From positions 34,100,001-34,164,000 of the forward strand of contig NC_059434.1 in assembly GCF_021028975.2 (NCBI RefSeq): 64,000 nt of DNA, read 5' to 3'. Source of the DNA: Sphaerodactylus townsendi (Eukaryota). Under the pieces are notes generated by a model, which made no database searches, was not told the DNA's origin, and saw only the letters and a program-made list of their open reading frames with translations. Shown here piece by piece: positions 11,900-25,933 of this stretch. Positions within the stretch are counted from its first letter, which is position 1; every line of letters starts with the position of its first letter. Both the position numbers and the translations under genes were made by a program.

Positions 11900-14800
11900 T
11901 AAGTAAATTCAGGCTTTGATCACAATGTGTTCTCATACTCTCAATGAGTTCACAGTTAATTGTATAACAAGCAAAAAGAAAATAAGGCAGCAGTTTAGAA
12001 GGAGACCCAATGAGATAAAATGCAATAAGCTTAAGTTACAAAATTTCCAAAACATGCCAGTTAGGGGTGATTTAAAGCCTCTAGAAATCACTCAGCCCAA
12101 GGATCGCAGCAGAAGCACAGGGTTGCAAACAATTCTTATCTTTGAAGACTGATTAATTTCCACAGTGTGTGGCTATTTTAACATAAATATATCAAATATT
12201 TATCAGAAAGCGGAAACAAAGGAAAGAAAAATCAAAATATTCATGGAGAAGCTTTGCATGTGACCTTCACCAGTGAAACCTGGAAGCGCACCACCAAACA
12301 CTATTTATAATGTCCTAAAGATGTTATATTTGTGCTGTGCGGAATCCACCATACTATTGTATGCAGGCCTGGTTTAGGTAGTTAGGCCCTACTGACATTT
12401 GTGGGAACAGTGAAAGCTTTAGCTCATTGAGGAATATTTGGCAATCACCCTAGGGTGTCTTGGGTGAGGAGAGGGCTTTCCAAACCAGTTTTTCCTGGTT
12501 TACTAGTCAGAGAGATTGGAAAAGGGGACTCTTTGTGACTGTGGCTTCACCAGTTTGCCACCCCTGGAAGGAACCTAGCAGAGTGATATTCTTTCAGGAT
12601 GCCATTCCATGGCAGATTAGGAAAAACTACAAGTAGATTAAAGTAGCTGTGTTCTTGAACCCAGGTTCACAATCTTAGCATGCCTCCTACAGCCCAGTAT
12701 GGTAGAGTGTGAATGCTAGGAGCTCAGATTTAATTAGAATCAGGTCCAAATTAGATTCTTGGGGTTTCCGTAAGGATGCTTGCCATTTTGAAAAAAGTGA
12801 GTTACCATCCAGGAACATTGAAATGAACCAGATAAGCTCAATTGTGGTTGGGACTACAGTATCACTGAGAGAAAAGGGGCTCCTGCCTCCTGCCACCAAT
12901 TTTTTTCTGACTTGGAACTATTTTGCTCAGAAACCAAGTGGGGCAAGAGCACCTCTTCCCCCATGATGTCATGATCCCAAGAAGAAGTGGGCTGCTGTGG
13001 CACAGTTTAAAGGATTTACCAGCTGGGAGAAATCACTACTTCAAAATGACAGGCTTCCCCTGTGTGCCTTAGGGGACAGCCATAATGTCTAGTTCGGTTC
13101 TCAGAATGTTTATTAATAAAGAAATCCCATTTGAACCCACCTTGTATGTTAGCATCTTTATTTGAAAGGATGGAGAGCTAACATATGCAGTGTATATTTC
13201 TGTGCAAAGACGAAGAAAAAAATAAACATGCAAGGTTAAGCTAGGTGGGAAATGTATCCAAGGAAAAAAATGAAGTGTTTGTGAACTTTACTATCTCCTC
13301 TGTTTTATTCATTTCTTTTCCTTGATATGAGCTCTCCCAGAATAGGAGTAAGATGTGTAAACAGTCATATTATTGCACAAACTGTTCTGTACATGAAAGC
13401 AGACTTTGGAACGAAAGAACAGAATAAACCTGAATGCTTTTCCACACACACATTAATGCCTGTACATGCTTGCGCTATGCAACTGAATTGCAACCATATG
13501 TCACAGTAAAAATTAGGAAGGGATTGGAATTTGTAGAAAATTTGAGCTTGTAATATAGGTATATCTGAAGGAATTTCAGTCAGTTATATACAAACCAGCT
13601 GTTTTAAAATCCACTTATATTTGATAAATCATAGGAGATACGGTGTCATATAATGGGTAGAAAATTGATTTCTAGAAGATGAAGATAAAAATATTCATTA
13701 ATCCTGCAGTAAGTGTGGCAGTTAACTTAAGGTATTGTATTCCCCTTTATTTTTATCATATACTGGCAGTTTTCTCCGTAAACATTCCTAAAGTGTTGAC
13801 AATGATCACTAATAAAATAAACGTATGCTTTTTTATTATGTTGTGTTCAATCAATCTTCTGACCTCTTGAATTGAGTTCTACAATAATGACTCTTTCTAA
13901 TACTTGATTGTGCAAACTCATAGACAAATCAGTGATAAAACAGCAGGGGAGTTATGACATGCTTATAGCGTTGCAGTTGTTAACAAGTAGTAAAGTCCTT
14001 TATGTGCATTAACTTTGCAAATTCTCCTGTAGTTGCATGCTCCAAATTTCTTCAATGACAAACAAAAAATGGGTCTGGAAATATCGCCCTGAAACCCATT
14101 TCCTCTCACTAGAGACTTCTTTATTAACATCACATCTGCACAAGAACGATGTATTCTGCAAAGCCAGCAACAGCTTAAACCATGTTATTAAATTATGAAG
14201 GAAAAAACACAAACCTCTGTGGGCCTGTTTAACGTATCACAAACCAGTGTGCAGTGATGCTGCCTCCTGAGTCTGGGCCTGTAATGCCTAAATTTTATGT
14301 AATGATATTATGAAATATTTAATAGTATACTATTTGTTGAACACCTTTCCAACACAATTTACATTAAAAATTAATCTCTTCAAATGGTTAAAGTTTACCT
14401 GAGCAAAGTTTATTACAGGCTTTCAAAGCTGGTGAAGGATGAATTGATATTAGAAGATGCATTTTTATATGGAAAATGGGATTAATGTATTGACCAAATA
14501 ATAAATAAAGGAATTAAGCTCATGAAACAAGGCAGTGCTCCTGGAACCCTTTTGCTGGACTACAAGATATGCTTACAAAACTATAATGTTAGCCATTTGA
14601 TGAGAACTGACTCTGTTTCCTTCATGACGATACAGCCGCAGCCCATGCTAAATCAGTCAAAACTGTCTGAAGATAGAGCTATAGTCAGTACTGAGTTAGT
14701 AGAATACTCATGAAAGGGTGGGATGTATATTCTACATTGTTTGGGACTCTGCCAAATGTCTTTTGAGGTCTGTATGTTGAGTGAGAGTTTGTCACATCTT

Positions 14801-16042
14801 GTCTATTGGTACAAGCTTTTTGTGCAAAGACATTTTTAAAACATATGTAGTCCACCTTTCTCAAAGCGGATTATGCAAAGTAAATCAATACAGTCAATAG
14901 AATAACACATCTAATATGCAATGTAATACAAAGCACAAATATTAGATGCATGTTAAACCAGAGCCTCCCTGTTCTCTTTGAGCCTGCTGGCACATTTGAA
15001 ATTCTGACCCAGTATAGTGGGTGCAGACAGTAAAAAAACGGCTGCCGTAAAATGACCGCTGCAGTCACAGAATGATTGCCACAGCTTAACTTCAATAATA
15101 GAGTGCAGATACCTGTGTTGTGGTGGTAGCTGCTGCCAAAGCAATGTTTAAAAGCATCTGCAGAGCCAATCAAATCTCAAAGCCCTACCTGGACCTACCC
15201 ACTTCCTGAAAACTTTTGACAGGCAACAGAAAAGGTGCCAATGGGTGCCATGGTGCTCATAGGAGCCACATTGGGGATCCTTTGTTGAACAATGGTTGAT
15301 TTCTCAACTGTTTATGCAAAGATATAGCCTCAATATTGTGGTGTATTGTTTAGAGATAGGGTATACTTCTGAACAAGTAAGACTGTGGTTCTATTCATGT
15401 TTTATTGAAAGTAAGCTTCATGGAAATGATGAAACTTTACTGAAATTGATAGGTACTCCCAGAATCTCAACCCAAATCTTACTTCACCTACTTATAAAAC
15501 TGTCAAATTCTACTCCTAGTTCATGTTGCCTGCTGTCTTTCTGAGTGGCACCAGGATATATTTTTTTAAGCAGAGTTGCAGGTGCTACTTCTGGGAAAAA
15601 TCTGGAAGTGATATATGGCAGCTGTAGGAATCACCAGAAACTCTACAGTTTTACTCTGGGAGTTTACCACTGCCCAGCAAGCCTAGCTGCCAAGAAGACT
15701 TTTTACTCCTATTAAAGCTGAGCACAACAAGCTAAGTTGTGTGTATTTTCTATTTAACTGTGAAGGCTTCAAGACTTAAGAGAAAAAGCAAATGGGAAAC
15801 TTCTACATGGGCACTTTTCTATGCACATTAATTTGACCAATTCAGAGCTATGCTGCTGGAACAACAAAATCAGAGATCGTGTAGCATAAGGCCTTGTGCC
15901 ACTTTTCTCATTTTGAGACAAGCCATACTGTTGTCTCAGAAGAGAGTTTGAGCAGATCCTGGCATGAGCATAAGCTCTAATAACAGGATGTTTCTTATTA
16001 CCTTCTCCAGCAATGTACTGTGGTAATTTACCAGTAGGTAGT

Positions 16043-16789
16043 TGTCCGGGGGTCGCCACAACGGCTCGCCCCGGATTCGTTCAGCCGGGGGGCGGGGCCT
16101 GCCAAGAGCCTGCAGGAGGCGTGGCGAAGGGACCACGATGCAGCTCAGCTGGAGCTTGTCAGGCCTTCTGCGGAGCACGGGGGCGAGGCAGGAGATGCCC
16201 CAGAAGCCCCAGCGAGGGCTTATAAGGCAGGGAGAGACGGGCGGGCGAGGCTTGGCACAGCAGGATGTGGGAGGACAGTGTGGAAGCTGGGAGGTGGAGA
16301 ACGGAGGACAGGGGGGAAGGAGGAAGGAGTGAAAGGGAGAAGTGTGAAAGGAGGAGGCAGTAGGGTCAAGGGGACCAGCACTGCGGAGAAGAGATAGAGA
16401 GGGGGGAGAGAGAAAGGAGAAACTAAGAAGGAGAAGAACGGAGTGGAGTGTGAAAGGCAAGGAGTTAGGAGGAAGGAAGGAGGAGAGAACGAGCAGGGAA
16501 GGCTCACAGGGGTGAAGGCCAGTAACCCGGTGGTGGGACATTTACTGGCGGGAGGGAGATTGGCTGAGACAACCCTAGTAGGCAGGGCGGCTGAGACCCC
16601 TGGCCTAGGGTAGGGAGTGCCTTCAGCAGCGGCAGAAAGGGAGGGTACTCCCTCCCGTCAGCATCCTGTGGCTGACTTCATTGAGAGCCCCAAAGACAGG
16701 GGCTGAAGTCAAGGAGACCAACACCTTGGAGAGGGATGGTGGGACGGCTTGTCAGCCCCACTCACAGGAGGGAAAGGGGGATCGCCACA
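16043..16789 (+). mobile_element. Solo LTR (Gypsy/ERV-type)
   Basis: Begins TGT, ends ACA; perfect 5-bp TSD GTAGT at 16038-16042 and 16790-16794; GC box GGGGCGGGGC, TATA-like CTTATAAGG ~16219, purine-rich downstream tract; CpGs retained. Confidence 0.85.
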
Positions 16790-17070
16790 GTAGTATGGAA
16801 CTTCAGCAGTCTTCCAGAGATCTCGGCATTTTCTCTTTCTTTACATGGTATGATTTCTTTTGGACAACCAACTTAACTAGCAAGTGCTTAAGACAAGCAT
16901 CTTGCCATTGTGAGATTCTTACTTCTATTGTAAGTCTTTTGTGCCTGAAAGGACAAATCCTGACTATTATAAAAGTTTGGCAATATAAACCACCATGAAG
17001 AAGACAGCTTCTTCTCTATCTTCTCCTGTCAGCAGGAATAGGGGGTTTCTCTGCAGCTTTTTTGACCTCT

Positions 17071-17320
17071 AGCTCTTATTCACATTATGATGAACACACA
17101 TATATCTTGTATTTACATGCATATGTATATTGTAAGAAAAGTCAACATATATTCACATCACAATAAAACAGATGGCCAGCATCTGAATAAATGTTTAGTT
17201 TTGATCCGATGTTCAGCACTGAATATAACATGAGAATGACTCCATATGCGGATAAAGGAAAATCACATGTGCACTGTACATGAATTGTACATGTGTTCAC
17301 TGTAATTTGTGATCAGGGCT
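17071..17320. mobile_element. Degenerate MITE
   Basis: Imperfect inverted ends AGCTCTTATTCACATTA..TGAACAC / GTGTTCACTGTAATTTGTGATCAGGGCT. Confidence 0.45.
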
Positions 17321-19784
17321 TTTATATTTGTCTCTGTGGTACCCTGTTAATTTTATGTGTAGCATTGAAGATTCCCTATAGAACTCATCTAAGTCATAAT
17401 AATAGGTCACTATTAATTCAATCTCTACTGCTTAGATAAAGGATGTGCTTAGATGTAGGAGCTGTTTAATATTGGATCTATGGAGGATCTAGTACTAAAC
17501 TGATCCTATAATATACTTAAAATGCTATATCTTCAATTGGCATGACAGATATGGCATTTTCAGACAGTGAGAAGCAATTTCTGTCTAGCATTACAGCAAT
17601 GTAGAAACACATAGTGAATGTGGATAAAAAGGATATACAATAAAACATACATTTTGGACTAAAGGTTCTTCACAGTGGAAGAAATCATTGCCTACACAGT
17701 GATGCACAACACGTTGGGGGTCAAAGAAATTAAAATAAAGCCAGGAAAACACAGAAGCAGCATTTTTTAAATTATGTCCCAAATGTCTTATTTCATTGGT
17801 TTCAAGCAGTCCATAAAATAGCTCCAAACCAGCAGCTATCTATGCTAAAGACGTTCTCATGAAATTTAAGATGGTTAGGCTTACTTTTCATAATGTTAAG
17901 AATAAGACAAATAAGAAGCAATGGGGGCTGACATGAAGGGAGAGAACAGCTCTGGAAAAAGATAATGGAAAAAATAGTGTTAACCTGGAGAGAATATTTG
18001 AAAACACTATTTTCACTTCTTCATAATGTTATTTACTCCTCACTGACCTAATTATATTTTAGTTTGGGCCTGATCCTTCTAGATGCTATCAATTATAATG
18101 GCCACTATAAGTTTTTGCAGTTTGAATTTACAGCTACTGTACTGTAACATGTTTTGTTGCCACTCTCTCTCATTCTATATGTTTCCCCCTTTTGTCCAAT
18201 TATTTGTATTTTGCTAGCACCATCTTCAAATTAAAATTTTATATGTATTCCTTGAAACTCATTTCCTGTTATCAGCCCAGGCCTTTGTAATCTTGTTTTT
18301 AATACAAAAATGCATTGACGAGTTACTATTTTGATTCCTAATATGAATTTCCAGCTTGACAAAATGAGGAGTCCTCCTTTACTTAAATAAGTCTGCTTTC
18401 TGTTTGTAAGCATTACACATTAATAATGCATTAGCTACCACCTCAAGTCTTTGCCCACCCAAAACATAATGAGCTTCACACCAGGAATCTGTGTAGGTCT
18501 TGCCTCAGGGAAATACATTTTTTTTTGAACAAGACAAGCAGGTTTATCGATTTAATGTTCTGGACACTAAAAGTTTGCTGCCGTCTGGAGCTCAGACACT
18601 GTGCTAAGGCTCAACATTACACTGAAATACTAACCTTAGAATTACCAAGCAGACCTATGATCAAAATTTGAAAAAACAACAACCCTGTTTTTGGAAACAG
18701 ATATGTGCTATTGTGAAAAACCTGAAGTAATTACATGACCAGAACAAGTCTATCTATGCATGTTTACATATGAAAAATGACAAATATGGTTTCTTTTAAA
18801 GTTGTACAGAATGTATAGTTAAAAGAACTCATGCCATCTATATTTACTGTGGGGTTTTGTTTGTTTTTTGTTTTCTACAAACTTCAAAGATTGATTACAG
18901 CATCAATACTCCACATATACTATCAAAGAAAGACGCGAGACTCTAAATAAGGATTTAACTAGGTTTTATGAATGGCTTATCTGTGAGATAAGAAACAGTT
19001 CCTTCCCATTTTCGTACAGTTATCTCATTATGGACATCATCTAGTAGCTCTCAGCTATTGTTCAAGCACACAGTGGCTCCCAATTCCCAGGCCATTATTG
19101 TCATTTTATTAAATCACAAAGTCTGCATGAATTGTGTGAGGCAGGCAAAAAGTCCTCCTCTGAGCCAATCTAAAGGGCTAAAAACTCAGCCCCAAAAGGT
19201 GTCCAGAGGGCAGAGAGGAAATTGTTCCAGCAAAAATCCTGCAAGAGGGAAGCAGAGCTGGGCTGCACAGTCACTTTAAAGTCATTCCTTTTTTGCCAGG
19301 CTATATCAGACTGGTGGGAAAAATGCCATAGGAGGCAGGGGATAGATGTGTTACTGCAGCCAGTTAGAGGAAGGATTATGATAAACTAAAGGTAATGTTA
19401 AAGGTGCAGTATAGAAACTATAATAAGCTTTCTCTCATGGATCTAATTGTCTTGCTGGATCAGATCATCTGTTGTAGATTTTTATCTCAACCACATGAAA
19501 TCCCATCCCAAGCAGGACATAATGATGACAACTGTACTAGTTTTTTTGCTGCTTAATCACAGATATACAACAATTTGAACATCACATTTTAAGCTCATCA
19601 TTCTTCCCAGGAGATCAGGGTGCTATACCTGGCTTTCCTCCTCCATTTTATCCTCACTAAAATAGCTTAAATTGAGAGTGTGAATGACCCAAAGATTCCC
19701 AGTAAGCCTTGTATCCGTTATTATTTGACCCAGATCTTCCTAGTCTTTTCTAACCAGGAAAGTACACAGGTTCTTAAGAGAGAT

Positions 19785-21050
19785 AACGCAGCCTGGACTT
19801 ACCCAGGGCTGCTGTTGCGGGAGGAGACGAGATGAAGCAAATCCCAGCTCCTGAGCACTGCGCTTGCATGCGCTCAAAAGTGGAGCACGTGATGGGGCCT
19901 GTCAGGCCAGATCACATGACGGGCCTCCCATCACATGTTCATAAGGGGTGGGCGCGCCTATATAAGGCAGTGCGTGGCTTGCCTCAGCCTCCTTCTAAGC
20001 AGCCAAGCTAAGCAGGTGCTCGCTCATCACTGCTGGAGGCTGCATGCTTCGTCTTGGCGTTGAGTTTGAGCCACTGCCACTCACAGAGAAAGAGCTTGGG
20101 CAGTAAAAAGTGCTCTGGAGTGAGCCTGAGCATCGTAGAATGCATTCAGGAGTGGGAGGGGTGCAGCAACTGGGGGCTTTGGAAGGGTGTTCCCTCCCCC
20201 CAATTAAGAGCTAAGGGCTGCGGAGGCTCAGGCTGCACTGGTGCAGGACAGCCCGCCCAGTTAGTCAAGAGGGAAGTCAGATGTTTGTCCTCTCCTCACC
20301 CCTCCCTCGTTGCTTAAGTTTTTTGCCAGTCCTGCCCAGCAACAGAGCTTGGGCAGGCTTGGAAGAGCAGATAGCTGGGGCTGGGATAGCAGGCCTGGCT
20401 AGGGGGTATTTGAGGGAAGCAAGGAGAAATACCAATTCCTTGTCCCCCTTTTTTCATTGCCCACCCAAAGTTAAATAATAATTAGGCTGTTAGGGTTAAG
20501 TTAGTAGTAGCGTAGGATAATGAGTAGTAAGTGTAGGCATTGCTGGAGTTAGTGTTAAGGTTAGAATACTATTTTGTTTATTAGTGAAGCATAGGGAATT
20601 GCTTTGATAACTGGGCACTGCGAGATGGCTCCTAAGAAAAGGACAAGTAACCATTCAGGAGCCCAGGATGGCCCAGGCTGGGGCTCAGTCACCAGCAGTA
20701 GCTGCAGTGGCACAGAGGGGCAGGACAGCCTCAGACCCAACAGTCAACGTTGAGTTGAGTAGATCAACCCTCCCACGCACAACCATCAGAGTTGGTAGCT
20801 GTCATGGGCCAGCTAGTGCCGGGCCAATCCTTGGGGCCAGGGGAAGTGGCCGACTCACTGGTGGTTTACTCAACCATGGCACATCAAGTACCCACATACA
20901 AGGGCACACTAGTGGCAGTGGGTTGGCCAGGGTTTAGCACAGAAACCCCAACTGGTGTGCAGTTCTTTGGTGGCCTGGGTTTAGGCTACACAGGTCAGTC
21001 GGGGCTGGGAGGGAACATGCTAGAAGTTGTATGCATGGGGAAGAAAGCTT
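19785..21050 (+). mobile_element. 5' fragment of a DIRS/Ngaro-like tyrosine-recombinase retrotransposon
   Basis: GC-rich block with CCTATATAAGG TATA (~19958), GT/TAG-rich leader, then ATGGCTCCTAAGAAA (MAPKK, ~20624) opening a decayed low-complexity gag-like frame. Family call from layout recognition only. Confidence 0.45.
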
Positions 21051-21789
21051 GTATGTGCTGCAGAACACTGATCCATGCAGGTACAATACAACTTCCTCAG
21101 GCTAATTCCACATGCAAATCTGGTGATGTGGAAACACTTACAGGCAACATGTCATGGTGACAACACAAACTGAGGGCAGGACAAATGAGTTTTTCAAGGA
21201 AATGTGTTTTTCTGCACCATGCCAGAAAAGAGCTGAAAAGGCAGAAACAAGAATGCACAATACATGCTACCTGGCCCACATGAAAGGGAGATGATTTTAC
21301 TGCTGACAAGAAGTGGAATATGACATGGGTGTGTAATTGACCTATCTTCCTGACCATTCACTGTAACACTGAGGACAACAGTTTTATTTTCAGAAAGCAG
21401 TTAATATAAGTTGTGACTTTAGCAATTTAGTTCATAAATATTTTGCTAGCCTCTTATGATTTTAGTATAGGGTAATACCTGCATTAAGACCGAATTGTTG
21501 CAACATTCTGCAGGGCTCCAGAACTCCTGAACTATCATCTATCATAGTTCTGGAGATTCAAACAAGCTGCAGCAATTCTGTATTTATTTAACAAATCTAA
21601 AACAACGGAACATTGATCTAGAAACTTATTCATACTATGCTCCTATTAAACCACACATTTCACAGCAGTTGGACTCCTGGACTGTTGTTTGAGGATATTT
21701 TGTAATAACAGTGCTTTTTTGTCACTTTCTAATGACTTTGTTTTATCTATATTTTTAGCCTACACTTTCTCCAAGCAGCATTGTTCCCC

Positions 21790-22545
21790 CCATTTTGTTC
21801 TTACAATAAAGAGCGGTTGGGAATCAGCATGACCACAGTTGTCACTTGGGGTGGGGGCAGGGAGGAGTCCTAGTAAGGGCAGAAAGGGACAGACAGGCAT
21901 CGCAGTGCTTGCTCTGTGATGTCACCAAGCCTATAAAGGTGCAGGTCAGCCTTTGTGCCGGCCATGTGCTCAGGCCGGCCAGAGACTTGCCCGCCCGCCT
22001 CTCCCTATAATACTTTGGATTTCTGATAATGCATGATTCTTGTCATACACAATACAAGAAGATTCGCGCAGTGCGAATCGTCTTGTATTGTGTTCTAAAA
22101 CACAATTTGTGTTCTAAAACACATCATTGGAGAAAATGATTCTTGTCATAGCCATTTACGGTTTGGCGCATGGGTATTAATCTGAAAGGGCTGAAGGGGA
22201 GGGAGCTAGGGAGCTACCCCTCCCCTTTTGACGGGGAATGCTACAGCAAGAAGCCGACTGCCCAGCTGAGCATTATGTCAATGGGATGCTCTCGCAAGAG
22301 GTCGACTGCTCAGCGGAGCTTCACGGCAGAATGTAGCTCCAGTAAGAGACTGACTGCTCGCCGGAGTTTCGGGGGCCATTTCACAGAACAGATCAAATCC
22401 CGTGCTGCGCCTCACGCTTCTGATTGTATAAATTGGTGGCTATGGCCAAATATTTTCCCCAGCCAGGAATGTAGTGTGGTTATTGGGTCAAACACTCTGG
22501 CCAAGGGGGATCCCGCCCCTGGACGTCACCCCTCTGATGTAGGTT
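21790..22545 (+). mobile_element. Non-coding terminal unit of an Ngaro/DIRS-like (or LTR-like) element, copy 1
   Basis: Colinear with reverse complement of 44155-44830 (CAATAAAGA, CCTTTGT.C.GGCCATGTGCTC, CCTCTCCCT, GGTTTGGC.CATGGGTAT, GGGAGCTAGGGAGCTAC, GGCTATGGCCAA). Confidence 0.6.
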
Positions 22546-23267
22546 AGGCTGAGACAATTTGACTTGCCTAAGGTCCCAAAGTGAGCATCATGGTTTGGTG
22601 TGGATTTGAATCCAGAACTTGTCAATGCTAGTCTGCTATGCTAACCACTATACCATGCAGATTCTCTAAGCTAACAGCTGTTATCACTTTGTCTTATATG
22701 ATGATCATTTTCTGAGTCACTTTGATTTACTGTACTTTGTTTTGTTGCATTTATTAATACACCTTGATAATTTTCTTTTTACAATCAATCTTTGTCATCC
22801 ATTGTTTATTACGGTCATTCATTAAGGCAGTGTTCCTATTGGGCCTGTCTGTGAGTAGTCTTTCTTCCCCATTATGTTGTCTTTTCATACTTATTCTGCA
22901 CCTGGTTGATGTATTGTGCATGATGGGCAGGAGCAAATTCTGCCAGCATTTTCTTTTAAGTTTTCAAGGCAACTGCTTGCATTTCTGAAGAGCTACAGTA
23001 CATGTAAGTTTTGAATGAGGTTGGCTTTTTCATCAGTTAGTGGTATTGCTGGAAACTTCAACAGTACCTCCAGGAGCATTCATGGTTTCTCCTGTGTACA
23101 CAAACAAGCTTTGTTGATTCACTGTTTAGAGCTTTTAAATACTTAGGTCAACCTGGGGCTTAAGTGCTCCTTGCATCCTCTTCACTACTGCAGAAAAGAT
23201 CAGCTGTAGGCAGGTGGTTGTATTAAGGAGCACCACAAGAGAAACACCACTTGAGATCTACAAGAAT

Positions 23268-24070
23268 GGTCTGTTCCACCTAGCACAAAAAAGTCTGTGG
23301 GATGTCATTAAAAAAGGTGACTGCCTCTTTTCACTCTGCCTACCCAAAACATGATGCCCAGACAGCAAAGATGTCAGAGGGGGAGATTGTTTCCCACTCA
23401 ACCATTTTGCTCTCTGGTCAGTTTCACTCTCAGCTTGTGCTTGACAATTTGTGTGCAGCTGAAAGGACTCTCCCTGCTGCCATTTAATGAAGGTTTCACC
23501 AGATTGCTTGCTCTGCAGGCTCCAATCCTGGGTGCCTTTTCAGCCCCAAAAGTACATAGTTGTACTCAGCTGGTCCTGTTATTCTGGTAGTATATAGCTT
23601 TTCTTCTTCTTTTTTAAATTTTCAAGCCGCTATCTTTGTAGCTACGCAGAAACACATAAGAGAATCTTAGCCACACAAAAGATCGGTCTGCCGCCCATTA
23701 AAAAGCATTGGATTGACCTGCCCTCCATGAACTGACATTTTTTTTCTTACTACACAGCACCTGCAGAGCAAACATCCTAGGGCAACCTTCATCAAATGGT
23801 GACAAGGAGAATCCATTTGCATGCAAGATGTTTGGTGCAAGCTGAGGGTGAAACTGACCAGACATAAATGGTCATTTGGGAAATATAAGATGCCTCCTGA
23901 GCTCTGCATTTCACACAGCCAGAAAGGAGATGTTTTGCAAATGGTTTAGGAGGAAAAGGTGCACTTTGAAGCATTTTTTTTTAAAAAAGATGTATTGAGA
24001 AGAAATAAGAAAATTCCAGGGATATCTTAGGAAAAAGGATGTGTGAAGTGGTTTCCCAGGATGCTTTTTT
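23268..24070. mobile_element. Dispersed ~800-bp repeat with internal ~120-bp inverted arms, copy 1
   Basis: Arms ~23400-23520 and ~23755-23872 are reverse complements; homologous to 59451-60220. Confidence 0.75.
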
Positions 24071-24642
24071 TTTAAATTGCAGTCTCAAGACATGGACCAC
24101 TGTGTTGAATGGAATGGAATGGACCATTGTGTTGAAGCCTGAAATGCTAGATGCACATAAGCACTTTTTATTATGGATAATGTTTATTCTGGTGCATTAC
24201 ACAGCATGCTAGTCTATTAATTTTTGTAACTGAAGGAGGGGAAGGATTGAACTCACTTGGATGGTCTTATTCTAAGCAAATCACACTGTCAGATGAACTT
24301 GCTTAGAATGTATCTATGGATTCTTATAGAACTGATATAATTAGTGACTTTCTTCAAACAGCTATAGAAAAATGACTGTTTTGCATAATGCAGGATGATC
24401 ATCCCTTGCCTTTCCCTTCTTTTGTTTAGCTTCATGATGTGGGGAGTGATCCTAGGCCCATTATTCACTCACCTCCTGTGGCATGGCAGTGAGCTTTGAA
24501 ATGGAGTTTCCCCACGGCTTTCTGGGCAAACAGGGATTCTCTAGCAGTGAAGTCCCTGGCAGCCTTGCAGATCCACACCCACTTCCTGATTCTCCTTTTT
24601 GTTGGAATTCTGGCTGTTTGGGCAGGGACATCTGGGAAGAGC

Positions 24643-24898
24643 AAGAACATAAGAAGGTAAGAAAGAGCCTGCTGGGTCAGACCAGAGTCCATCTAGTCCA
24701 GCACTCTGCTACTTGCAGTGGCTACCAGATGCCTTTGGGAGCTCACATGCAGGAGGTGAAAGCAATGGCCTTCTGCTGCTGCTGCAGCTCCCGAGCACCT
24801 GGTCTGCTAAGTCATTTGCAATCTCAGATCAAGGAGGATCAAGATTGGTAGCCATAATAGATTGACTTCTTTCCATAAATCTGTCCAAGCCCCTTTTA
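24643..24898 (-). mobile_element. CR1 LINE 3' end, copy 1
   Basis: AAGAACATAAG tail, GTCCATCTAGTCCAGC 3' motif, minus-strand ORF2 end KRGLDRFME. Confidence 0.85.
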
Positions 24899-24902
24899 GA
24901 AA

Positions 24903-25933
24903 GGGTCTCATTCGAGACAACGATGAAACCGCATACAGACGGGAGGTTGAACAACTAGCCTCGTGGTGCCACTGGAACAATCTAGAACTGAACACACTTA
25001 AAACCGTAGAAATGGTGGTAGATTTCAGGAGAAACCCTCCCATCCTACCTCCTCTCACAATACTAGACAACACAGTATCAACAGTAGAGACCTTTAAATT
25101 TCTAGGCTCCATCATATCTCATGACCTAAAATGGTCACCTAATATCAAAAATGTCATCAAAAAAGCACAACAAAGAATGTTCTTTCTGCGCCAACTCAGG
25201 AAGCTCAAACTGCCCAAGGAGCTGCTGATACAGTTCTACAGAGGAATCATTGAGTCTGTCATCTGCACCTCTATAACTGTGTGGTTTGGTTCTGCAACCC
25301 AACAAGATCGACACAGACTTCAGAGAATAATCACAACTGCAGAAAAAACAATTCCTTCTAACCTGCCTTCCATTGAGGGACCTGTATACTGCCGCGGGTC
25401 AAAAAAAGGGCTGTGAAAATATTACTGACCCCTCGCATCCTGGACATAAACTGTTTCAACTCTTACCCTCTAAACGTCGCTACAGAGCACTGCACACCAA
25501 GACAACTAGACATAAGAACAGTTTTTTCCCGAATGCCATCACTCTGTTAAACAAATAATTCCCTCGATAATGTTAAACTATTTATTATATACTTATTATA
25601 TAATTACTGCACTACTTTTTTCATCATTCCTATTACCCATCTCCTCCCACTTATGACTGTATGACTATAGCCTGTGCTGGCATTTCATTTTATTTTACAT
25701 TTTATTTTATTTTATTTTATGATTTTACATTTTATGTTTTCATTACTACTGATTGTTTCCTGATTGCTTACTAGACCTATATGACAATCATTAAGTGCTG
25801 TACCTTATGATTCTTGACAAATGTATTTTTCTTTTATGTACACTGAGAGCATATGCACCGGAGACAAATTCCTTGTGTGTCCAATCACACTTGGCCAATA
25901 AAGATTCTATTCTATTCTATTCTATTCTATTCT
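24903..25933 (+). mobile_element. Rex-Babar (Rex1-like) LINE, 5'-truncated, near-intact RT C-terminus
   Basis: GLIRDNDETAYRREVEQLASWC..NNLELNTLKTVEMVVDFRR...FKFLGS.IS.DLKW...KKAQQRMFFLRQLRK...FYRGIIESVICTSITVWFG...DPSHPGHKLFQLLPS.RRYR...KNSFFP.AITLLN; 3' UTR with AATAAA and (ATTCT)n tail. Confidence 0.92.

Noticed and set aside
12150-14300. AT-rich unique tracts resembling conserved non-coding enhancers (also ~17600-18600, 35400-36000, 52240-52620, 58250-58620)
   Set aside because: Conservation cannot be judged without alignments.
15936-16541. 201-aa minus ORF and neighbours
   Set aside because: Low-complexity reading of the solo LTR purine tract.
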